A stretch of DNA of 64,000 nucleotides from an uncultured bacterium (GTDB lineage Bacteria > Armatimonadota > Hebobacteria > Hebobacterales > Hebobacteraceae), in NCBI GenBank assembly GCA_964559435.1, contig CAZLHI010000007.1:13952-77951 (forward strand). Direction: 5' to 3'. A program made the position numbers and the translations under genes. Shown piece by piece: positions 9,799-18,757 of the stretch (the first letter of the stretch is position 1; each line of letters starts with the position of its first letter). The notes beneath the pieces were generated by a model. The model was not told the DNA's origin. It saw only the letters and a list, made by a program, of their open reading frames with translations, and ran no database searches.

Positions 9799-11250
9799 AT
9801 GCGCGTGCAACTGGTTGTCGTTCTGGTCTTGTCCACAGGTATTGCCGTGCTTGGCAACAGCTCCTTCGCGGCCCAGGAGCTCCCAACGCCTGAGGCGCCC
9901 CTGATAGCCGTGAAGTATACAGGCCCTGAGCTGACAGGCGGGGGGCCGGAAGGAGTGACTGATGTCGTCCCGCCCACGCTCTCTCTAGAAAAGGCCATAC
10001 AGCTAGCCATCCAATACAACCCAGACGTGGCCGCTTCCGCCCAGGGAGTCATGGCGACCGACGCTCAGGTGATTCAGGCCATCTCCAGGCTGATGCCCCG
10101 TGTCACTGTGGAGGCGAATCGCGTCACGCCCGTGGATCTTCCGGAGTTCTCTTTCCAGAGCTCGGAGCCGGCGTGGGAGACGACTGTCGGCTTCTCCCAG
10201 CCCCTCTACGCCGGCGGCCGTCTCCGCGCGGGGGTGAGAGCGGCCAGAGACCTGTTGCGAGGATCGGAGGGTGCCTACCGGCGCACCCAGCAGGAGATCG
10301 CCTTCGCTGTCCGCAGCCTTTACTACACGGTGCTGTCCGCAGAGTGGCAGGTTCGCGTGCAGAGGCAGACTCTCGAGCTCGCCGAGGAATCGCTGCGGGT
10401 CGCTCGGCTGCGGTATGAGGCGGGGGTGGCACCCGAGTTCGACGTCCTCTCGGCCGAGGCACGCGTCGCGCGGACGGAGCAGGGCATCATCTCGGCAGAG
10501 GCCCTGCGCGATACCGCCTGGGCCAGTCTGAGTACCGCCATCGGCGTGCCGATTCCCGCGGGGACGGAGCTCTCCACACCGAGACCTGTCGCCGCCCGCG
10601 AAGCGTCGCCTGAGTCGCTGCGAGCGGAGGCGCTCGTGGAACGGCCTGACCTGCTTGCCGCTGAGGCCCTGGTCGCTGCCGAGCGCGCTCGCGTCGCTGT
10701 CGCGAGGGCCGGCCGCTACCCGACCATCGCCGCCAACGTTGGCTACACGCTACGTGAAGACGTCGTCGTCGACGGGGAGATCATTGGCAGTCCCGGAACC
10801 GACATCGTCGTCTCTCAGGACAGCGGGTTCGTCTCCCTGAGCATCGGCTGGAGCCTCTTCAACGGCGGGCAGGTCGAGGGCGAAGTCCGCGAAGCAGAGG
10901 CCCGCATGCGACAGGCTGAAGACGCTGTACACAGCCTCCGCCAGCAGATCGAGCTCGACGTGCGCTCCGCCGATCTCGCCGTGGCCGCCGCCCGTGCCCA
11001 GGTACAGGCCGCTGGGAAGGAGGTCACGCAGCAGGAGGAAGCCTACCGCATCGCGACCATTCGGTACCAGGAGGGGGTCGGGACCAGCGTTGAGCTTCTC
11101 ATCGCCGAGACCGACCTGGCGGACGCCCGCACGCGCCTCAACCGCGCTGCCTTCGACCTGGCAATAGCCATCGCTCGACTCGACCTGGCCCTTGGGCGAG
11201 ATGTGCTCTTCCAGGAGTCACTCGCCGCGGAGGAGGGGGTGAGTGAGTAG
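9799..11250 (+). CDS. TolC-like outer-membrane efflux protein (OEP family)
   Basis: Signal peptide MRVQLVVVLVLSTGIAVLGNSSFAAQ. Two OEP repeats with LSLEKAIQLAIQYNPDV, coiled-coil rich, and the typical FDVLSAEARVARTEQ pattern. Confidence 0.7.
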   Translation: MRVQLVVVLVLSTGIAVLGNSSFAAQELPTPEAPLIAVKYTGPELTGGGPEGVTDVVPPTLSLEKAIQLAIQYNPDVAASAQGVMATDAQVIQAISRLMPRVTVEANRVTPVDLPEFSFQSSEPAWETTVGFSQPLYAGGRLRAGVRAARDLLRGSEGAYRRTQQEIAFAVRSLYYTVLSAEWQVRVQRQTLELAEESLRVARLRYEAGVAPEFDVLSAEARVARTEQGIISAEALRDTAWASLSTAIGVPIPAGTELSTPRPVAAREASPESLRAEALVERPDLLAAEALVAAERARVAVARAGRYPTIAANVGYTLREDVVVDGEIIGSPGTDIVVSQDSGFVSLSIGWSLFNGGQVEGEVREAEARMRQAEDAVHSLRQQIELDVRSADLAVAAARAQVQAAGKEVTQQEEAYRIATIRYQEGVGTSVELLIAETDLADARTRLNRAAFDLAIAIARLDLALGRDVLFQESLAAEEGVSE

Positions 11251-12514
11251 CCCGGACAACGCGCCCGGCGCCGACACCGGCGAAGTCGTCGAGCGCTACC
11301 GGCGCCATGTCAACGCCGGCCTTGCCTCGCTCTTCAAGTTCATGGGCTTCGAGGCCGTCGAATGGAAGGCCGAGGGGTCCACGATCTGGGACACCGAGGG
11401 CCGCGAGTATCTCGACCTGCTCGCGGGCTTCGGAACCTTGGCGCTGGGTCACCGTCCTTCGGCCGTCCTCGCGGCGGTCAGAGATCAGCTCGACCGCATG
11501 CCTCTCTCGTCCCGCGTTCTCTTCAGCAAGCCGGTCGCCGACCTATCTGCCGCATTGGCATCCGTTCTCCCCGGCGATCTGGCGAAATCATTCTTCTGCA
11601 ACAGCGGCACCGAAGCCGTAGAAGGCGCCCTCAAGCTGGCCAGGCTATACACGGGCCGGCCCGGCGTTGTGGCGACAGAGGGAGGCTTCCACGGCAAAAC
11701 GCTGGGGGCCTTGAGCGTGTCGGGACGAGAGGTGTACAGGCAGCCCTTCGCTCCCCTCGTCCCCGAGGTCACCCACGTCCCCTTCGGTGACAGCGACGCA
11801 CTCGCCGATGCGGTCGGCGACAGCACGGCCGCGGTAGTGATCGAGCCCATCCAGGGCGAAGGCGGAGTGATCGTCCCGCCGGATGACTACCTCCCCGCTG
11901 CCCGGGAGATCTGTGACCGCGCAGGGGCCCTCCTGATCGCCGACGAGGTCCAGACGGGATTCGGCCGGACTGGCGCCATGTTCGCCTGCGAGCACGCCGG
12001 CGTTGTGCCCGACATCATGTGCATGGCGAAGGCTCTCGGCGGTGGGGTCATGCCGCTCGGCGCCTTTTCCAGCACTCCGGCGATATGGACCTCCCTGGAG
12101 GAGAATCCGCTTCTCCACTCATCCACGCTCGGGGGGAATCCCTTGGCCTGCGCGGCGGGCCTTGCAGCTATTGAAGCGATTCGTCGGGACGACCTCCCGG
12201 CGCGTGCCGCACAGCTTGGCGATCACGCCGTCAACCGGCTCCGCGAGCTTCAAGCCGCCCACGGTGATGTTGTCGCCGACGTGCGCGGCCGCGGCCTGCT
12301 CATCGGCGTGCAGTTCAGGGACGCTGACGTGGCTGGTTTGGTCATCGCGGGTCTGGCACAACGCAGAGTCATAGCTGCCTATACTCTGAACAACCCGGAG
12401 GTGATACGCGTAGAGCCTGCACTGACCATCTCCGAGGCGGATCTGGATCGCGGCATCTCGGCGCTGGTGGAGGCCGTAGCGCAGGCCAAGGGTATCTTGG
12501 CACAGCTCGACTAA
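11243..12514 (+). CDS. class-III PLP-dependent aminotransferase (acetylornithine/GABA aminotransferase family)
   Basis: Motifs FCNSGTEAVEGALKLAR, DEVQTGFGRTG and CMAKALGGG (PLP-lysine). Start overlaps the stop of the TolC-like gene by 8 nt. Confidence 0.75.
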   Translation: MSSPDNAPGADTGEVVERYRRHVNAGLASLFKFMGFEAVEWKAEGSTIWDTEGREYLDLLAGFGTLALGHRPSAVLAAVRDQLDRMPLSSRVLFSKPVADLSAALASVLPGDLAKSFFCNSGTEAVEGALKLARLYTGRPGVVATEGGFHGKTLGALSVSGREVYRQPFAPLVPEVTHVPFGDSDALADAVGDSTAAVVIEPIQGEGGVIVPPDDYLPAAREICDRAGALLIADEVQTGFGRTGAMFACEHAGVVPDIMCMAKALGGGVMPLGAFSSTPAIWTSLEENPLLHSSTLGGNPLACAAGLAAIEAIRRDDLPARAAQLGDHAVNRLRELQAAHGDVVADVRGRGLLIGVQFRDADVAGLVIAGLAQRRVIAAYTLNNPEVIRVEPALTISEADLDRGISALVEAVAQAKGILAQLD

Positions 12515-12526
12515 CGGGCGAGGACA

Positions 12527-13573
12527 GTGGGCGAACTCATAGCGATCGATGGCGCCCGTGGCGGGGGGCAGATCCTCCGAAACGCCGTCGCGCTGTCGGC
12601 CGTGGCAGGGCGGCCGGTTCGCGTGGAGAACATCCGGGGCGCCAGGCCCAAGCCGGGACTGCGGCCGCAGCACCTGACCGCGGTACGCGCAGTAGCGGAG
12701 GCGAGCGGCGCGCGCCTCACGGGCGCGGAGCTGGGCGCCAGGGAGATCGAGTTCTGGCCGGGAGCAAGAGAAGCCAAGCAGGGCTGGCGGCTGGACGTTG
12801 GCACGGCGGGGAGCGTTATGCTCGTCCTCCAGTCACTGCTGCCAGCGCTCGCGACCGCGGAAGGCTCATCAGACCTGACCTTGGTCGGCGGCACCGATGT
12901 CCCTTTTGCGCCGCCCTTCGACCACTTCCAGCAGGTCTTCGTCCCTGCCGTGACAGCCTTGGGCGTGAGCGTGACAGCGCAGTTGCTCCGCCGGGGCTTC
13001 TATCCCAAAGGGGGCGGAGAGGTAGCGGTAAGTGTGTCTCCCGCGTCGCCGGTTCGGCCACTGTCCTGGACCGAGCGAGGTGAAGGCGTCACAATCCGGG
13101 GCAAATCTTACAGCCAGGGGCTGCCGGCACACATCGCCGAAAGAATGAGGAGCTCGGCGCTTGGGAGGCTGCGAGCGGCCGGCCACGAAAGGGCCGACGC
13201 AGCCCTGGAGGTGGTTGAGCGAGGTCCGAGTCAGGGCTGTGGGATATTCCTCTGGGCCGAGAGCGAGGCCGGCCGGCGGTTCGGGGGCAGCGCGCTGGGC
13301 CGCCGAGGGAAGCGAGCGGAAGATGTTGGCACGGAGGCGGCAGACGCCCTTTTGGCCGAGCTGAGGGGAGAGTGGGCAGTAGAGTGTCATCTGGCAGATC
13401 AGATGATAGTATGGATGGCAATGGCCGGCGGCCCGTCCGAGCTAACGACAGGGAGCCTGACAGACCACATCCGCTCGGCGATGGAGGTCGCGGAGGCGGT
13501 GGCGGGCGCGACGTTCTCGGTTGAGGAGCGACCTGTTGTACGGATTCGCTGCGAGCCAGCCGGAGAAGCATGA
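12527..13573 (+). CDS. rtcA: RNA 3'-terminal phosphate cyclase
   Basis: IDGARGGGQILRNAVALS... RtcA signature N-terminus and overall length (348 aa). Confidence 0.8.
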   Translation: MGELIAIDGARGGGQILRNAVALSAVAGRPVRVENIRGARPKPGLRPQHLTAVRAVAEASGARLTGAELGAREIEFWPGAREAKQGWRLDVGTAGSVMLVLQSLLPALATAEGSSDLTLVGGTDVPFAPPFDHFQQVFVPAVTALGVSVTAQLLRRGFYPKGGGEVAVSVSPASPVRPLSWTERGEGVTIRGKSYSQGLPAHIAERMRSSALGRLRAAGHERADAALEVVERGPSQGCGIFLWAESEAGRRFGGSALGRRGKRAEDVGTEAADALLAELRGEWAVECHLADQMIVWMAMAGGPSELTTGSLTDHIRSAMEVAEAVAGATFSVEERPVVRIRCEPAGEA

Positions 13574-13627
13574 GATGCGAAGGGAAAGGCGCTGTCGAAA
13601 TCGTCTCAGCTCGCATGGAGGGAGAAC

Positions 13628-14383
13628 GTGAAGGTTACGCTGCTCATACACACGCCGGAGCCCGAGCGCGTCACAGTCGCGGCCGCCCTGCTGTGCTATC
13701 AGAGGGGCAGTCCGGAGGAGGCCTGGGAGCGCGCGGGAAACGAAAAGCTCCGCACGCGGCTCTTCGAGGAGCTCGTTCGGCAGGGGCACGGCTCCACTCT
13801 CGAGCACGTCGGTTTCACTTTCGGGATCGAGGGCATCAGCCGAGCTTGCTCGCATCAACTGGTGCGCCATCGCATCTCATCGTATAACCAGCAGTCGCAG
13901 CGCTACGTTGACGTCGGCGATCCCAACTACTTCGTCAAGCCCGACTCACTAGCAGACGATGAGGGCCGCTTCGAGGAGGCGGTGGCCGGAGCCGTCACCT
14001 ACTACCGGGAGACAGTGGATCGGCTGAAAGGCCAGGGGAAGAAGGGAGAGCAGGCGCAGGAGGACGCGCGGTACATCATCCCCAACGCCGGCAAGACGAA
14101 CCTGATATGGACCACCAATCTTCGGAACTTGCTGCACGTAGCCCATGTCCGGATGTGTTCGAGGGCCCAGTGGGAGATTCGCAAGATGCTGCACCTCTGT
14201 CGTCGAGCGGTCGAGGACAGATTCCCTCTCATCGGCAAGTACATGGTGGTCAAGTGCCATCCTCTCGCCATGGGATACTGTGACGAGGAGTTTCGGACCT
14301 GTGGGTTCCGACCGCTGCGAGAAGAGGTCGTGCCTGGCGACGAAGCCTGCCCGCCAGGGCCGGGCTATGAAGAGAAGGATTGA
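13628..14383 (+). CDS. thyX: FAD-dependent thymidylate synthase
   Basis: ThyX motif RHRISSYNQQSQRY (RHRxxSxxxxSxR), 251 aa. Confidence 0.85.
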   Translation: MKVTLLIHTPEPERVTVAAALLCYQRGSPEEAWERAGNEKLRTRLFEELVRQGHGSTLEHVGFTFGIEGISRACSHQLVRHRISSYNQQSQRYVDVGDPNYFVKPDSLADDEGRFEEAVAGAVTYYRETVDRLKGQGKKGEQAQEDARYIIPNAGKTNLIWTTNLRNLLHVAHVRMCSRAQWEIRKMLHLCRRAVEDRFPLIGKYMVVKCHPLAMGYCDEEFRTCGFRPLREEVVPGDEACPPGPGYEEKD

Positions 14384-14387
14384 GCGA

Positions 14388-15650
14388 ATGCGCGCCCGCA
14401 TCATCCTCGCGCTCGCCGTTGGTCTTGCCATCTCCGGGTGCGGCGGCGGGCAGCCCGACCGTGGGATCGTGCAGATCACGCTCTTCACCTGGACCCGGCC
14501 GGGGGAGCTCGTCGTCAACCAGGAGCTTTGTGCCCAGTTCGAGGCGGAGCACCCGAATATCCGCGTCGAGATCGTCAACGAACCGGGGGACCGCGCGATG
14601 GACAAGCTCCAGCAGATGGTGGCCGCGGCCAACCCGCCGGACGTGATGTCGATCCACGGAGCCTACTTCATCCCACTAGCGGCGAAGGGCGCCCTGTTGG
14701 ACCTGGACCCTGTGATCGAGAGAGACGAAACCTTCGACCTCCCCGACTTCTACCCCCAGCTCGTCGAGCTGTGCCGCTACCAAGGCAAGCTCTATTCGCT
14801 CCCGCGCTACACATCGGTCTACGTGCTCTTCTACAACGAGGATCTCTTCGATTCAGCGGGACTGGACTACCCGGATCGGACCTGGACCTGGGACGACTAC
14901 ATCGCTGCGGCCCGGAAGCTCACGGTGGAGCACCCGGACCCAGAGCGCAGGCGCCTCGGCACGGTGATAGACTTCTGGGGGGCACGAATCTATCCCTGGG
15001 TCTGGGCCAGCGGCGGCGAGATTCTGGATGCCGAGGGCAGCCGTTGTCTTCTGGACAGCCCGGAATCGCAGGAAGCACTGCAGTTTCTGGTAGACCTGCG
15101 GCACAAATGGCACGTCTGTCCCCCGACGACGATGGCCGAGAGACGGCAGAACATCGCGATGTTTGTCAACGGCCAGGTGGCCATGTTCCAGACTGGTGCC
15201 TGGGACATCCAGCAGATGAAGGAGGCCAAGGCGCTGCGCTGGAACATCGCGCCCCTCCCGAAGAAGAGGCAGCATGCGACTCTTCTCGGGATGGAGAACT
15301 ACGCGATAGCGGCCGGGACCAAGCATCCCGAGGAGGCATGGGAGCTCTTCAAGTTTCTCCTCGGGCCGGAGGCGCAAGAGCGCATGGCGCGCGAGTTGGA
15401 GAAGCAGCCCTCGCGGCAGTCCGTAGCCAATGGGCCCTACCTCCAGCAGCAGGCCGAGTACGACCGCCGAGTCTTCGTCGAGGCCCTCGAGTACGCCCGC
15501 CAGGCGCCGAACATACCGGAGTGGGATCGGGTGAGCCACTTCATACAGGAGCAGCTTGACCTGATGTGGATGGGGGAGGTGTCTGTCGAAGACGGCACCC
15601 GCCGGGCAGCCGAGCAGGTCACGAAGGCGTTGCAGGAATCGCCGGGATGA
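14388..15650 (+). CDS. ABC-transporter extracellular solute-binding lipoprotein (family 1, sugar type)
   Basis: Lipobox LAISGC after MRARIILALAVG. SBP_bac_1-like sequence (FTWTRPGE, PDVMSIHGAYF, YNEDLF, WDDYIAAARKLT). Alternative ATG at 14367 overlaps thyX. No permease or ATPase genes adjacent. Confidence 0.75.
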   Translation: MRARIILALAVGLAISGCGGGQPDRGIVQITLFTWTRPGELVVNQELCAQFEAEHPNIRVEIVNEPGDRAMDKLQQMVAAANPPDVMSIHGAYFIPLAAKGALLDLDPVIERDETFDLPDFYPQLVELCRYQGKLYSLPRYTSVYVLFYNEDLFDSAGLDYPDRTWTWDDYIAAARKLTVEHPDPERRRLGTVIDFWGARIYPWVWASGGEILDAEGSRCLLDSPESQEALQFLVDLRHKWHVCPPTTMAERRQNIAMFVNGQVAMFQTGAWDIQQMKEAKALRWNIAPLPKKRQHATLLGMENYAIAAGTKHPEEAWELFKFLLGPEAQERMARELEKQPSRQSVANGPYLQQQAEYDRRVFVEALEYARQAPNIPEWDRVSHFIQEQLDLMWMGEVSVEDGTRRAAEQVTKALQESPG

Positions 15651-16090
15651 CGGAAGGTCTCCTCATCCGGCCCGCGGAAGAACGCGACGCAGAAGCCGTC
15701 GCGGCACTCTCTGAGACGTGGGGACACCCGCTCTCCTGTGGTGAAGTGCGCATGAAGATACGCTCCTTCGCCGAGACTGCTGGCCACCAGTTCCTCGTGG
15801 CCGAGGTCGCTGGTGCGGTCGTCGGCTTCGCCGCCATGAACACCGCTCTGTCGCCGGGACGCCCAGCCAAGACCGGAATCATCTCGGGGATGGCCGTTGC
15901 GCCGCCATACCAGCGACAAGGCGTCGGAAGACGGCTTGTCGAATACGCCGAGGATTGGCTCCGTTCCCAGGGCGCTTCGTACATCCGCGTCACCACTGCC
16001 TCCCACCGCACCGAAGACGCCCACCGATTCTATTGCGCCCTCGGCTATCGCCAGACGGGCGTTCGCTTCGACAAGCACCTCCCACCTTAG
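15647..16090 (+). CDS. GNAT family N-acetyltransferase
   Basis: Acetyl-CoA binding motif QRQGVGRRLV. ATG overlaps the SBP stop (ATGA). Confidence 0.7.
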   Translation: MTEGLLIRPAEERDAEAVAALSETWGHPLSCGEVRMKIRSFAETAGHQFLVAEVAGAVVGFAAMNTALSPGRPAKTGIISGMAVAPPYQRQGVGRRLVEYAEDWLRSQGASYIRVTTASHRTEDAHRFYCALGYRQTGVRFDKHLPP

Positions 16091-16228
16091 GCTTCGGCAG
16101 CAGCCTCTCTGGGGCGGCCCGGCCTGCGCGCGCCGGCCGTTTCTGCGCGCGGAGCCGCTCGGCCTTTCCCCCTTCTGCTCCTCGCCTCGGGTGTGCTACA
16201 CTGTCACAGACGGACGACTGGCACTGCG

Positions 16229-18670
16229 ATGGATGCGCGAACTCTTCGAGTCCTCGAGTACGACGCCGTACGAAAGCGCCTCCGCGACTGCGCGGCGTCT
16301 TCGCTCGCCAAGAGGCTGGCGGAACGGCTCGAACCGACCAGCGACTTCTCCGAAGTGGGCCGCTTGCTGGCCGAGACGACGCAGGCTCGCGCGGTGCTGG
16401 CGGCGGCCGGCCGCGCGCCTCTCGGCGGCGTACACGACATACGCGCACAAGTCCTCAACGCCTCTCGCGGCGGGATGCTCTCAGCGGGAGACCTGCTCGA
16501 GATCGCCGATACGGTCTACGCTTCGCGGCGCATGCGTGGGTTCCTGCTGCAGGGAGAACTGGAGGCCCCGCTCATACGAGCGTGCGCGGAAGGGCTGGGC
16601 GTTTTCGAAGACATCGAGCACGCCATCGAGGCCAGCATCGACAACCGCGGCGAGGTACTGGACTCGGCCACCGACAACCTCCGGGCCATACGCGCCAAGA
16701 TCCGTCGACTCCAGAACAGCAGCGAGCAACGGCTCAACGCGATAGTCCATTCCGGCCAATTCGCTCGCATGATCCAGGAGCCCATCGTCACCGTACGAAA
16801 CGGCCGCTACTGCATACCGATACGCAGCGAGTTCAAGGGGGAGTTCCGCGGCATCGTACACGATTCTTCGGCCAGCGGCGCCACCGTCTTCATGGAGCCG
16901 TTTGCGGTCGTGGAGATCAACAACGAGGTCAGGGAGGCGCGCTCGGCCGAGGAGCGCGAGGTCAGGCGGATCCTTGCGCGGCTGAGCGGCATGGCAGGAG
17001 CGCAGAGCGAGGAGATCCTCTCCACGGTGGAGACGCTGTCGCAGCTCGACCTCATATTTGCACGGGCTGGGCTGGCGGAGAACATGGAGGCCGTCGAGCC
17101 TGAGATCGATGCGAAGGGGGAAGTCGATCTCATCGACGCGCGCCACCCGCTCCTCGAGGGCCGCGTCGTGCCAGTGAGCATCGGGGTGGGGGAGGAGTTC
17201 AAGGCCCTTGTCTTGACGGGGCCGAACACGGGCGGCAAGACGGTGAGCCTGAAGACTGTTGGGCTGCTGACGCTCATGGCGCAGTCAGGGCTTCACCTTC
17301 CGGCGGCCCAGGGAAGTCGCATTGCGGTATTCAGCAGGATCTTCGCCGACATCGGAGACGAGCAGAGCATCCAGCAGAGCCTGTCTACTTTCTCCTCGCA
17401 CATGACGCAAATCGTCAACGTGTTGAGCAACGCCGACGGGAACTCCCTGGTCTTGCTCGATGAGATCGGCGCGGGCACCGATCCGGCCGAGGGATCGGCG
17501 CTGGCGAAGGCGATCCTGATTGAGCTGCTCGGCCGCGGGTCTCGCGTGCTTGCAACGACCCACTACGGCGAGCTGAAGACGTTCGCGTACACCCAACCAG
17601 AGGTCGAGAACGCCAGCGTCGAATTCGATCCAGCCACCCTGGAGCCGACCTTCGAGGTGCGAATCGGGACCCCGGGAAGCAGCAACGCGTTCGCCATAGC
17701 TGCTCGGCTTGGCTTGTCGCCCGGTCTCCTGCGCCAGGCAGCCGAGATGATGGGGGAGGCCCAGGTCGAGCTTCACGAGGTGATCCAGCGGGCAGAGCGG
17801 GACCAGCGTGATCTGGCGCAAGAGCGGCGGGACGCCGCCCGAGCGCGGCGGGAGCTGGAGGCGACGAAGGCGGACTACGAGAAGCTTCTCAGCGATCTCA
17901 AGTCCAAGCGACGCGAGATGCTGCTGGAGGCGCGCCAGGAGGCGCGCCGAATCGTCAGCCGGGCGAAGCAGAGAACCGAGGAACTGCTGAACCTCCTGCG
18001 ACAGTCGGTCCAGGAGGCACGGGAGGCGAAGCAGGCTATAGAGCGCGAGGCGGCCCAAATCGCCCAGTACGCTGCTCCGGAGCCCACCGACGTGGTCCGG
18101 GCGGCGCGGCAAGAGCTGGCCGACATATCCGATGAGGCAGCGGAGGCCACTGCAGAGGCGACCGAAACGGAAGCCCCCACCGAACCTGAACGCGAACCCG
18201 AGCCTGTCGGGCACCTGGTGCGCGGAGACGCGGTACTTGTGAGGAGCGTGCGGCAGCGTGGAAGTGTGCTGGACCCTCCAGACGAGAACGGCCAGGTGAA
18301 GGTGCAGGTCGGCTTGCTGCGGCTCTCGGTGCCGGTGTCTGACCTTGCGCTCGTCCAAGAGCCGACCGTGACCATCAGCCGTGCGCGGCCCGATGGCGTC
18401 AGCGTGTCCGCCGCGCCCGCACCGACCGAGCTCCACCTGCGGGGCCTTCGGGTCGAAGCGGCCCTCTACGAGTTGGAGCGGTATCTGGACCGGGCGGCCC
18501 TGGCGCGACATGAGCGGGTGCGCATCGTCCACGGCAGGGGAACGGGCGCCGTCAGAGCCGCCGTGCACGAGCGACTGAAGGACCACCCCCTCGTGCGCTC
18601 TTTCCGCCTGGCCGATGCCGGGGAAGGGGATTCCGGCGCGACGATCGTCGAGCTGGGGCCGAGATCGTAG
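16229..18670 (+). CDS. mutS2: endonuclease MutS2 (MutS domain plus C-terminal Smr domain)
   Basis: Walker A GPNTGGKTV, DEIGAGTDPAEG, long coiled-coil linker, C-terminal Smr (LHLRGLRVEAALYELERYLD...HGRGTGAVR). Confidence 0.85.
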   Translation: MDARTLRVLEYDAVRKRLRDCAASSLAKRLAERLEPTSDFSEVGRLLAETTQARAVLAAAGRAPLGGVHDIRAQVLNASRGGMLSAGDLLEIADTVYASRRMRGFLLQGELEAPLIRACAEGLGVFEDIEHAIEASIDNRGEVLDSATDNLRAIRAKIRRLQNSSEQRLNAIVHSGQFARMIQEPIVTVRNGRYCIPIRSEFKGEFRGIVHDSSASGATVFMEPFAVVEINNEVREARSAEEREVRRILARLSGMAGAQSEEILSTVETLSQLDLIFARAGLAENMEAVEPEIDAKGEVDLIDARHPLLEGRVVPVSIGVGEEFKALVLTGPNTGGKTVSLKTVGLLTLMAQSGLHLPAAQGSRIAVFSRIFADIGDEQSIQQSLSTFSSHMTQIVNVLSNADGNSLVLLDEIGAGTDPAEGSALAKAILIELLGRGSRVLATTHYGELKTFAYTQPEVENASVEFDPATLEPTFEVRIGTPGSSNAFAIAARLGLSPGLLRQAAEMMGEAQVELHEVIQRAERDQRDLAQERRDAARARRELEATKADYEKLLSDLKSKRREMLLEARQEARRIVSRAKQRTEELLNLLRQSVQEAREAKQAIEREAAQIAQYAAPEPTDVVRAARQELADISDEAAEATAEATETEAPTEPEREPEPVGHLVRGDAVLVRSVRQRGSVLDPPDENGQVKVQVGLLRLSVPVSDLALVQEPTVTISRARPDGVSVSAAPAPTELHLRGLRVEAALYELERYLDRAALARHERVRIVHGRGTGAVRAAVHERLKDHPLVRSFRLADAGEGDSGATIVELGPRS

Positions 18671-18757
18671 CACCAAAGGTGGAGCGGGAAAGTCTTGCGG
18701 CCTGCTCACGAGGTGGGGATCGCTCGCGGCCGCCGGGGCCGGAGGGGCAATCGCGTG

